This document shows, in pieces, positions 26,945-38,518 of a stretch of 64,000 nt of DNA. The notes below the pieces were generated by a model. It saw only the letters and a list, made by a program, of their open reading frames with translations. It was not told where the DNA came from and did no database searches. Origin of the DNA: Ylistrum balloti (taxonomy: Eukaryota); assembly GCF_031769215.1 (NCBI RefSeq), contig NW_026782081.1, positions 1,116,001 through 1,180,000 of the forward strand, written 5' to 3'. Position numbers and translations under genes: made by a program. Within the stretch, counting starts at the first letter, position 1. Every line of letters starts with the position of its first letter.

Positions 26945-29900
26945 CTAAAATACAACTTTCATTTCACTCTTCTCCTTTTGGGCCATCAAAATTTGCAAAC
27001 AGCTCTCACAAAATCTAATGTGGCAAATAGCATATTGTATGCTTATGCGCTCATATGTTTCCTGGGAAGAGAGAGCTTATCATTGAAAAATCTCAGATTG
27101 GCCCAAATTTGCACTCTCCCTTCACATGTCATTTTTAGATGAAAAACCGATACCATTTGACAGAAATATATTTTCTACAAAATAAAAGATCAAGATGAAA
27201 CCCTCGGGCATCTATGGCGCTCTTCAAATACTAGGAAAAGTGTTCCAATATCTGTTACCAAGGACAACCGTGTGATCCTTAAACCAGAAACAGTACTCCT
27301 GTGAGGGAAATAGTCTTATTCAGTCAACTTTTGAAATTTTTTGAAGATACCAAACTGCTTGTTCACTGTGATAAGAATTACCACCTGTACAAATATGTAC
27401 CACCAACGTTGCTGTGATAAACAGAATTACAACAAATTGCGAATATATTAATGACGCAAGAATATATGTTTCATTTCTTTCAAGAACATTTTCCGTTCAA
27501 ACAAAGTATTGTTTACAGAACATATGTTAAATGTTTTGATTATGAATACTCTGGTACCAGAAGAACAATCGATAACGAAATCAATCTCAAAATTTTCATT
27601 TGTTTCATTCATAATGAAATTCCGTAGGTACATTATAATGCATCTATGCTTGGTCACATTACACTGTTTTGTTTGCCTTGTTTCAGTCACGTTCGTTTGT
27701 TCCGGTTGATATAAAGCTATGCTCTCTTCAGACCTTATTCCTATTACGACCTCTAACATGCAATGTTCTGTTCTAAATTCCAGAAGCTATACCCGCTGAT
27801 CTAGACTACCCTGCAGATATGAAAGCCACAACCTGTATTACAAAAAAATTCACAATGAAAAGATGATTTGATCTAAAACCCAGCCTTATGTAATAGTGAT
27901 GTAAAGTAAATGACATTTATCCTACATTTCATGTTCCTTTGAAACAAAATTTCGGATTAATTTCCGCTTGTCTATCTTTTAATTAAGTAGCGCGAAACCA
28001 GCCGAGACACCTGCAAATCTTACCAAAATGATATCACTATCCGGGAAGTAAGACATTTTAAATCTTTTTAGAGTAAAGGGCGAACTGCATGTTAGAAGAT
28101 GAAGTCGATTCAGAGGCATACCAGAAGAAAACCACAGATCGTCAGCAATAACACGCAATTAATGAAACAATGAAAAAGAGCTCGTGCAATATTTAAAAAT
28201 CTGAAAAATGTTTTCACTTAAAGCTTTCTCCTTGTCTTGTAATCTGCATTCCATTGTACGATATTAGTGATTTCAATGCGTTTTTTTTAAGTGTACAAAA
28301 AATTGGGTGTGAAATGATTCCGAGGCCCTCTGAACTTCCTTAGACTGAGAAGAATAGGTAAACAAGTACCTTTTTTGTAACTGTTAGATTGTTATCCTTG
28401 AAATTTCCAAATAATTGTTGATCTGTTTTCAAATTTCTAAATTCATTCAAATATAAAACATATACCTAAAAGCACTGGTAATGTCTTCTCTATAGCATGT
28501 AACGCCAATTATCTATTGTTTTTCACTTTTAATCAAACTTTAAGAATGAATTAAAGATATCCGAACATATGAATTGCAATGTATTGTTAGTAAGATCTCG
28601 CATGAAATCGTCGTTAATGGAAATAATGTTTTGTAGTGTTGTTATTGTAGGTAACCTTTCAGTAGTCTCAACAGGTATGTATCACTTAAGAGACAGAAGA
28701 TATCGATGAGGAAGCTGCACCGTTATTCCTAAATCAATTCAATGAAATAAAGCACAAGGAAGAAAAAAAGAAACATCACGCCAACGAACATATCCTCTTT
28801 ATGAGTAAAAGAAACTGCTCCCTGTCAACATCTGTTTGTTTTTTCTACCTTAAAAAAGAAACCGGATGAGGTATCTAGAAATAATTAATCATATGAACGA
28901 TCATGAACACGCTAGACTTCATGTGGCCAAAGGGAAAGGCAATTCTGTAAGTAGGATCATGATGGCAAAGTTTTCGCGTTGTCTTTGTTAATGCGAATCC
29001 ATTTGTTACGGAAATGGTGATATCTGGAAAATTCTTAGATTATCTGTGACATTTAGATACCGCAGTTATCAAATGTCGGATTAAATAACATTCAGAATAT
29101 GTAAACATGTACCAAGATCCCTCTCCTATATGACTGTATACAGTTACAAATAAATAAATACAGGATATCTAGTAGTGACGTCAGTAATAACAAATATATT
29201 TCACAAATGTGTCTAATATTTTAGTGTCTTTCATGAGTGCGCAATGTTACTGTCACTATCAGACACAATTTGCAATAAAACGTTGAGAGAGTTTAACCTG
29301 TGACAAGTAACCTCGCGGCTAAAAATATAGTGGCAACGTACAGTTGTTGCTATCGATGACATGGATCTCCTTGAAATGTCTAACGTGTTAGCTCCACATT
29401 CATGGCATTCGGATGGGGAATGGGTTTGATCTATAACAGGGTAATTTGTGTTGTATTGTTTGGTGACTTTCATGGAAATGAAAATTACTACGGAATTGAA
29501 GGTCGTTTTACTAGTTAACAACCCCTTCAGGTTTCTGGTTTTGTGTTTTTTATACCGAGCTGTATAATTTGTCATTTTCATCAGATGATTTGTGTTTTCT
29601 CTTTTCATTGGTGTAATTCTGACAAATGTTATTTTCACTAGTTAAATATAACACTTCTATTAATAGATATTTCTCTATATTTCACTGGCAACTATGTAAT
29701 AAATAGAATTTATACTTTTACACATATTTGAAATTCACCTTTTATATCTTTAGACTCTCCACTTTATTCAGATTCAAAGATCCATTTTAGATTATATGCA
29801 GTGCCAGTTCCGATATGAAGACAAAATTATTCCCTGTGCGCAGATCGTGTCCATTAAACACAGTCCACCAGACAATATTGCTTAACAAAGGGGTTACGTC

Positions 29901-31012
29901 CCAGTACAGAAGTCAAGGAGCCTTTTCAATGGGCAATGGCGCAAATTGTACGGCCCAAAGACCAATTAATTGTCGTTGACATTTACTAAAAGTACAACCA
30001 TTTAACATTGTCAGATACAAGCTTGTCTTAAAGAGGTTCTGTATCACAGAAATAAAATGTTATTTGAACAGAGATATTCGCCTTTGACAGTAGTGACATA
30101 CGAAATACCTATACCAATATTGTTAACACTTGTTCCTAAATTATCATTACGATGTAATGTTAGAACAGAGACATGAAAGTTGTGATACGAGTACTATTCA
30201 AAGGGACATTTCTTCATTCCGAAATACCTATACCAATATTGTTAACACTTGTTCCTAAATTATCATTACGATGTAATGTTATTTGAACAGAGATGTTCAT
30301 GAAAGTTGTGTTACGAGTACTATTCAAAGGGACATTTCTTCATTCCAAAATACCTATACCAATATTGTTAACACTTGTTCCTAAATTATCATTACGATGT
30401 AATGTTATTTGAAAAGAGATGTTCATGAAAGTTGTGATACGAGTACTATTCAAAGGGACATTTCTTCATTCCGAAATACCTATACCAATATTGTTAACAC
30501 TTGTTCCTAAATTATCATTACGATGTAATGTTATTTGAACAGAGATGTTCATGAAAGTAGTGATACGAGTACTATCCAAAGGGACATTTCTTCATTCCGA
30601 AATACCTATACCAATATTGTTAACACTTGTTCCTAAATTATCATTACGATGTAATGTTATTTGAACAGAGATGTTCATGAAAGTAGTGATACGAGTACTA
30701 TAAACATTCTTGTTAATTATTATTGAAATTCTTGAATTATCATTGTAATTACTGCTATTATTATCAAAACTTATTCCTAAATGATCATCACGGTAATACA
30801 TGCATCCAACGGTTATGAAATAAGCACGGACAATTTTCAGTGAAAAATCACATTGTGTTAATGCATTGGCACTGTTATTTTCCTCAACTCCTTGATCAAA
30901 CAGACTAATTTACTTAGAACTGTATCGAAATCAACGTGTGACATTGTAACGTGCGAACTACGATCGTTACTTTCAGTAACACTAAAGATACACATAATGC
31001 TAGTACATACAT
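26945..31012 (-). pseudogene. Decayed Toll-like receptor (LRR-TM-TIR) pseudogene, probably multi-cysteine-cluster type
   Basis: Minus strand, in order, with many stops and frameshifts: acceptor ttccag, then ATG 31012 with signal-like MYVLALCVSLVLLKVTIV; LRR motif LRYLNVTDN (~29050); LRRCT-like IHCNSYVR...GVTCY (~28580-28495); a second four-Cys cluster CNVTKHRC..YLRNFI..DCSSG..IC (~27680-27520); TM ILASLIYSQFVVILFITATLVV followed by LYRW (~27465-27385); TIR-like KSAIDAR..LDLLFCRKYISVKWYRFF and RFCESCLQILMAQK; stop at 26947-26945. Span without the repeat is roughly 1190 codons, a Toll-like size. Confidence 0.6.
30101..30700. repeat. 126-bp tandem repeat, about 4.8 copies, inside the TLR-like pseudogene
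   Basis: Anchors at 30102, 30221, 30347, 30473 and 30599 (126-bp period; the leftmost unit has a 7-bp deletion). Confidence 0.97.
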
Positions 31013-34000
31013 CCATTAAATGTGGCTGGAATAGAAATAAACATGTCTAAATGTAATTTAATGTGACATCGAGTATAAAGTCCCTACGAACCGTTCGCCA
31101 TCAGTTTCAAGGGGAAAAATTGTCTGATCCGAAGTGGCTTGTTTCCTTTACGTTTTTGAAACATTGACAATCTGTGTGCTGCTGTCCCAATTTTAGCGAT
31201 CTTTTGCATAATATCATAGAATGATTCAGCTAACTTCAATTTAAAGCCTTTTGGTTTTTATTGTCAAATGATTAATACATGTAATTTGGGTCGAGTTGAA
31301 AATTCGAAATATTTTAAATTTTCGTTGGACTTGGAGCTCAGTATGAATATCACAACTGATTTCTGTTAGGAAAATGGGCGTTTTTCATTCAGTACATTCT
31401 AACGACGTTATTCCAATCTAGATCTTTATATAGTTATACTGATAATTTTACTTGCTTTCTGTTAAAGACCTTATTTACCTGTCAATGTTAATACTTACTG
31501 TATCACATACATATGATAACAATACGTAAATATTCGATACTAAGATTCATTAAAAAAAAAAAATATGAAACCAAGTTGTGAAAAAAATATTAAAAAAAAA
31601 AAAAAAAAACAACAAAAAACAAAATCAGACGATTTTCATTTTTATATGGAATTAAGGATACTGCCAGACGCACGGTGAAATGAAAGAAAACAATAAGAAA
31701 TAAATAAAAACGTATTAGAATTGTTTTACAGATCCCAAAAATATCTTATGCCTAATATGGGTCTGAAATGTCCATATACGACTTATCTATGGCATACCGG
31801 ATATTACCAAAGGCTTGCATTGTATTTCTTGTTAGCGGGAATTGCCACAAAGAATCAAAGCAACTAATATACTGTATTTATAAATCATTTAATGTGATAC
31901 CATTTGATATATCTTTTTATTATCGTACAATTTGCACTCAGAATATTAAAAATTAAAAATCTACATACATAGATGTATGTTAAACAAATAATACACTTCA
32001 ATATAACTTTAAAATAATTGATATTGCAAAGCACAGGTAAGGAAACAATCCAAAATATCCGATCTTTCATATCCTTCAATAAAAAGTGTTATTTATTGTT
32101 TGTATCACTTTGAACACTTAGATTTTTTAAATTACTCAGATTTTTAAATGGCTCAGAGTTTTTAACTTACTCTTGACATAATTGATTACTTAGGCCCCGC
32201 AATGCTATCTTTCCATTTTAGTTGTAGCCTATTGGTATGTTGGCGTTATATTTTGCATTGGATTTTCGCATTTAACGGAATAGTGAAGCATGCCGGTTTC
32301 ACGCTTATGCATAATTGTCAACATGTTGATATTGCAAACATAAACATTTGCTTCTTCTCCTCTTAAACAGCACCAGTGTTGTATCAAGAAGAGTTCGTGA
32401 ACTGGTGGTGCGTTGTTCCACTGCAATGTTCTTTACATAGATTTCGACTTATCTATACCAATTCTACCAGTCTGAAAAAAATCTAGATACCCTATCCATA
32501 TTGAATTTCAAATTCAAAACTTTTTTCCTGACTTGATTATAATAAAATCTATTGCTCAGGGAAAAATACGGGCTTCTCCTAATGAACATTAAGCAAGGAA
32601 ATGGCGGTGGCGAGGGCGATATAACATATTTAACGCAATATCATTTATTTGATTCCAGATAATTTATTGGTTTATGTTCGCAAAACACATGCTCATAAAT
32701 ACATGAGGGAAATCTATGGTACCTTTAATTCAATCAGTTTTAACCAAATGAGAGAATAACAATAATGTGTGTTTGACTCAAGCAAATATATATGTGCGTC
32801 TTTGCACCACAGTAAACCAAATAGATAATTAAATTATATAAGAAAATCGAGATGATGTAGAAAATGAGGAAAAGATAAATAAATACGTTTTACGTTCGGC
32901 ATCAATAGAATAGTCAGCATCATTTAAAGGTATGTATTGATATACCACCGTACCAGGTATTTATGTATTCTTTCCCCCTTCAAACACCTACACCGAGGGT
33001 TTCAATATTGAAGATGTGAAAATAAAGGAAGTGGAGAGATTAAATGTAATTGGTGTTATTTCCAAAAAGATATAATGCAATCGAGTAAAATTTATCACTT
33101 GAATATAAAAAATGATACACGAGAGAATAGTCTGTAATGTAACGAACGTGAAAAGTAATCCTTTGTAGCTAAACAATTGGATCAAATATTTCAGTACAAT
33201 GCGCTTCTTACCGTGAATATTATTTGCATATAAAGAAACGTACGGATATGTAAACAATATATACTTAACAGGTAAAGAAGATTATCAAGTCACCTTGTCG
33301 TACATTAAATGTTGCTTGATCATACAGGTATTTTTCAGTTATAGATGTGTTTTGTAGGAATCTCTGGATTATTTGCCAACATTTTTAGTGAAATCATTCA
33401 GGTGTGAAATTTCAAAGATTGTCATATAGAAAAATACAAATTCCTTAACTTCAGTTGAATTTCGTTAAACGCTTTATGCACTTTTTCTAAACTTTATCAC
33501 TTGACAAATCATTATTTGGGTTTCAATTGAATATGTTAACGCAATTCCACATCTGTCAAAAGAAGAGTGGAAATGGCTATTGACATGCTCTACATCACTA
33601 CAAACAGCCAGATAACATCGTTATGGATGTTGCTCACATTCGGTTTCCTCTAAAAGTACGCTTTTGTAAATATCCACGCATTATTAAAGGTCAGAGGAAT
33701 TACGGACAATAATCAATTGACACACTAGGGAATGGGTAAGGCCACCTAGATCTCAGTTTATTTGGATTGCGATTTGAGTTATAGTTCTTTAGTATAGTAT
33801 AACTACTAGAACATTTGAATCTTTAACTGGTTGTGTTAAAGGACTTTCGCTACTAGAGCAGTCAATGAACTACTGGGATTCTGTTTTACTGTGTTAGAGT
33901 CCAAAATTGATATTTGGTAGACGAGTGTGGCCTATGGGGTTAAATTTATGATTAATGAAAGAAATCTGCATTTATTTGGGTTCCTTAAATGTAAAGTTAT

Positions 34001-34487
34001 CACACATTCCAATGTATTTATGGCGGATTTAGACAAGTGTCAAATGTCAGGGGTTTTCCTCAATATGGGTAGCTAGTGTAACTTGTAAACTTCCGGTTGT
34101 TGTCTTCTGAAGGCGATGACAGTTCGAGATGCCATTCAACCATTTATGCCATTTAAAGCCTTTGACAGGTAGGTTTCAGCATTTGACAAGCAGGTTTCTG
34201 TCAATCTAGACAGTTGTTACTTGTGTTGAACTTCAAATATTAATGCTATTGGCTGAATTGCTAAGTAATAATATATAGTGGTTATATATATATATATAGT
34301 TGCGTGAGTTCTTCTATTCTACCGATTTTTAATGTTTGGATTTTAGACACATATTGGGAGATCTGTAATAAAACTTTAAAAAAAGCTACTCTTGGAAGTA
34401 CCTGTGAGCATTCAGCGTCTGTGAAGGCAGGTAATGACATTGCCTCAAAGTTTGATTTTATTAGAATTATGCTTTTTAGTAGAAAGA

Positions 34488-34488
<1 letters not shown>

Positions 34489-34527
<39 letters not shown>
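34489..34527. repeat. Poly-A tract (39 nt)
   Basis: Read directly. Confidence 0.95.
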
Positions 34528-34528
<1 letters not shown>

Positions 34529-34605
34529 ACTACTGTTACATTAAAACATTAAGGAAAGGGCAAGTCCTTACGTCTACTCCTAGGTTTGATATATTGGCCC
34601 TTAAG

Positions 34606-34648
34606 TACCACTGACGAGTCACAGAGTGATAAAGCAGCTGTGTGATGC
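34606..34648 (+). ncRNA. Degenerate minimal type I hammerhead ribozyme (copy 2)
   Basis: UACCA-CUGACGA-GUCAC-AGA-GUGAU-AAAGC-AGCU-GUG-UGAUGC. CUGANGA and helix II are intact; GAAA and the triplet are mutated. The downstream flank matches the other copies. Confidence 0.7.
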
Positions 34649-35483
34649 AGTTTAGGTAAATGTTTGACTCTACTATATCTTATCTAAATCTCATATAACA
34701 GTGCTTTTCACATGTGTATCTTCATCATTGTGCAATCTTGGTAGTGCGTAAGTGAACACAATAAGTATTGAATCATAATTGAGATATATAAGCTATATGC
34801 ACAAATGGTATATTAAAACAATTATTTTCAAGCGAGCATTTCCATGTGAGAAAATAGTGAGAAAATTTGGACCTTTTAATATGCCTACCTTACAATAATG
34901 TGTGAATTTTTATACCTAACTTAGTCATATAAAACGCATTGTATATTTGTTGCATTACAATTTACCCGTATTTTCTGCATGAACAACGAGTTTCTGGAGC
35001 TCGGAACTAGACACATGAAAATCTGCCCTGTGTCGTAGGCGTATTGCTAAGACAAAATAACAAATTGCATAAGAATTTTCTTATCCTGTTGCAGTGCAGG
35101 TAACCTTTAAACGTTTGGATAATCTAAGTGTTTACAGATACTGGTAATCATTTAGAGTTTGGTTTATACATGTTTTATTGACATAAGATAAATATCAAAC
35201 CCGACCGCAGGACTATTATCATGTTAGTGACACATAAGGGAAAAATGCATTTACATACAGTATCAGGCAGGTGTTTTGTCGTTTTGTGACTCTTTAGTGT
35301 TGACGAGAACTATTGTATTGGAACCTAGAAGGCGACTACTGAGATCAGAACTGGTCGAACGGAAGTCAAAATCGAGATGCATATATGTCGAAACAATTCA
35401 ATAAATCTGTCGTTATTTTATCAAATATTCGATTATATCAAAACATGATTCAAATAAGATACAATAGAACAATGAATTAAACT

Positions 35484-35510
35484 GCATCCAACGGCTGTTT
35501 CGTCCTTCTA
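35484..35510 (-). ncRNA. 5'-truncated hammerhead remnant (copy 3)
   Basis: Minus strand reads UAGAAGGAC-GAAAC-AGCC-GUU-GGAUGC plus the family flank (plus strand gaacaatgaattaaactgcatc). The CUGANGA half is missing. Confidence 0.6.
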
Positions 35511-37019
35511 CACTAAAACGATGTATCAAGTTTATGCACGTAAGGTTGATGAAAGTTATGAGAAGGTTATACGATCGTCATAGTGACCCTATTGAGAAGT
35601 ATTATATTTCTCTGTGGGATATGAATCCTGACGTTTTTGATGCTGACATTACTTACTTGTGTTGACTAAAATGTACATGGCGGGTGTTGTCAATGAAGCA
35701 GAAGACGCTTACTGTTTTTGAACACCTGTCATTTTATCATTGTAATTTTTCAGGAGTCTCCGTGTAAACATGTCTTATTGGTATTTTCCTACTGTTTTTA
35801 AGTCATAATACATAAACAGAAAGAATTCTGCCTCCTCCAACTTTTCTCGAGTATCCTTTATTTGTCGAACTCGTCTAGTAATGCGACCGTCTTTTATATC
35901 TTCTTCGTGATTTGACCTCAGATTACTCGGACTGGTATTCCTCGCATACCGCGCATTCCTGGAGCTGTAGCTTTTTGTCTTTTTTTTTATGGCAACTATG
36001 TAAATCATTTCATGAAAGATCATTGAAAGAACATAAATGTCCGCTTTTATAAATTTCTTTATCTATCAGAAAATTAGTTAGGAATTTAAAAAACGATAAT
36101 TCTTACAGCACTCAAATAAACACTAGTATATACCTTGGGCTATATTACAATTCTAATCTTAATGTCGATTCAAAACTAATTCAAAATTGAACAATAAATG
36201 AAGATGAATAAAAAACTACAAAAAGACAATGATGAAATCTTTTGCTATTGAGCATTAGAAAAAGCATCGTGAAATACATACACTGACAACGTCATAGGAG
36301 GCTGTCTACGAATAAAGCAAGTCACGCGGATATATATCATACATTATCTGAATTAATTGATTACAACGTCATGTGCATATGTCGCCTATTGTGGTTAACA
36401 TGAAAGTAGTGTCTGAGTTTAAATGAATAGGCATTTACAGTATGGAATGGAAGCGGAAAACACATTCCCTCATTTCGTGTAAATAAAAAAAACCTCTAAC
36501 CAGTATGTTCATCTTTGAATGGGCATGTGTCAAGATAAGCGTTAAGGAGTTACGAAGCTAGATATGTACTGCTTTCTTTATTGCATGTCAGAGCAGGGTT
36601 ATCGATGGACAGATAGTAAGCTACTTTATATCCACACCGTATATGATAAGTCCAGGATTTTAAAGATGCATATCACAACTTGTTCTCGACGTGTTTGGTG
36701 ATGACATCTTGTCGTTATGACAAGCTTGCTAACGTGTGCTAGTTATATACCACATATATGGAACATTTAAGTACTGTTATCTAAACATAAATACGAAACA
36801 GGTTCAAAGAGTACATATATTCTTTTATAATTCGAGAAGTTGTAAAATCAAATCAATGAGTGCAATGACATAAACTTCCATACATATAGATATAGAGCAT
36901 GAGACATGAGTTTCATATCTTCATTTGCGAACCTCGCCATTTTAAACTATATTCATGATTAAATAGTAGATATCATATAGTTGTTTCACGTTCGTTAACG
37001 AGATCCAAGTATATTACAC

Positions 37020-37160
37020 CAAAAGCAAACAAGCAACTTTATAGGCTTCGAACGAAATCTAGCTTCGCAATATTTAGAACATGTTCTAGGATGTCGAATT
37101 AACTTATATTTTTCAGAAGGAACAATACGTCTTTGATATGGAAAGCGTAAGAAAATTAAA
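37020..37160 (-). mobile_element. Penelope-like element RT thumb remnant
   Basis: LRFPYQRRIVPSEKYKLIRHPRTCSKYCEARFRSKPIKLL resembles FPFLxSNIPxxPAYGVYISQLIRYARACSxYxDFxxRxxxLxxKLL. Confidence 0.55.
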
Positions 37161-37439
37161 CATAAATGCCAACAGATAAGTGATATCATATTCAATCAAA
37201 ATAAGTGATTAAATGAGGAAATAAGACCAAAGAAAATAGCATTACGGCAAATCATACCAAGTATTCCGATGTTGTCAGATATTTTATGCCTCAGTGACGT
37301 CATTACTCATATTAATCTAAGTTTATAGTTAATACAAGTAATTTGACTTCTAAATAAGAAGTGAATATGTAAATTAACAGGTATCGACTACATCTTACTA
37401 TCAAGGGCCAGTCCCTATAATTTCGTGCGAAAAGTCGTC

Positions 37440-37615
37440 AACTGTCGGACTAACTCGTAGCACATGGTTTCGAAAGATGCAGATTGGTGAAAATATTGGG
37501 GAAGTTTTAAGGTCGTCTTAGTGGTCTCATTGAGAAATATTCTGTTCTTTTGTGCAATATGAAGGTAGATGAAACTGATATTTGTTAGTCTGTCTGTTGG
37601 TTCCATTATTGTATA
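37440..37615 (-). mobile_element. Penelope-like element RT remnant
   Basis: IMEPTDRLTNISFIYLHI resembles IKETTDSxTSASYLDLxL, followed by a frameshifted DDL..PI and CYELVRQL. Confidence 0.4.
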
Positions 37616-38481
37616 TATCATATGTTCTCATTTGATATTACTAACCTCGATTGGTGGCGATGAAAAAAGAAGTTACTATTCCGGTACATCTGATCTTATT
37701 CTCCTTGTATTTTAAGCAGTCTCCGTGTAATTATTTTTTTTTTGTTCATAGTTTTGGATTTTGATGATGTTGCCATTTTGTTATTTTTCTTAATGTTTTC
37801 CCTAGTTCTTCAATCATGGACACTGCCGTCTGTAGGACTAAGTAAAAAGCGGCTTTCATCAGAAAAGGTGGATTCTTCGTCTAGACTTTAATTTCCATGT
37901 TCCTTAATCATGTGCCCTGTATAATATTACGTGTTTGTGTCTTCAGGTCAACAATAGACGGTTTACTGGTTAGCGCGAGAGGCGAGTCCGCAGTCGTCTA
38001 TTGTTCAAACGTCAACGGCCATCCGGCTATCACATTCACTGTTCTGTGAGTGGAAATGCTGCTTTAGTGTCTAAACAAACATGTTTTGTTAGAATTTTGG
38101 GACCCAAATTTAACTCCGAGTTATCTCTAAGTGGATTGTTGCACTTGATGGTATACGGCACGACATACAAAAGACGACACAGCGAGAAGTACAAGGTTAA
38201 TTTTCACAAAAGAAATAAACATCCGTTTTGTCAAAAATTTACTACCTCAAATTAATGGTCCCTAACTGTCTGTATATAATGCATGCTAATTTTGTGACAT
38301 ATAGTAGATGTCTGTACTTAGAATTTCACCATACTATATACGGCTTAATACATAAAAAGTATCCTTAAGAAGAGTACCGTACGATTCATACTGGAATAAA
38401 TGAAGTTAAACTGGATTGCTGTGTGTTTTACCGTTTGATGGTCCTGATGACCTTTTATATGTTGACGGGCCGTTAAGAATG

Positions 38482-38518
38482 TAATAATAATAATAATAAT
38501 AATGATAATAATAATAAT
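38482..38518. repeat. (TAA)n microsatellite
   Basis: About 12 units with one TGA interruption. Confidence 0.95.

Noticed and set aside
33855-33890. Hairpin GCU-CUAGU-AGC followed by GAAA on the minus strand
   Set aside because: No CUGANGA core in register and no family flanks, so not a hammerhead.
34050-34096. GGGGTTTTCC (kappa-B-like) and ACTTCCGG (ETS-like) motifs about 3 kb upstream of the TLR pseudogene
   Set aside because: Short degenerate motifs are expected by chance in 64 kb; no independent support.
36281-36305. cactgacaacgtcataggaggctgt, a possible deleted hammerhead-family copy (likewise ggacgaaatatcacagctgt near 39063 and a ribozyme-less flank near 4690-4750)
   Set aside because: Too degenerate or lacking the core; not counted among the seven copies.
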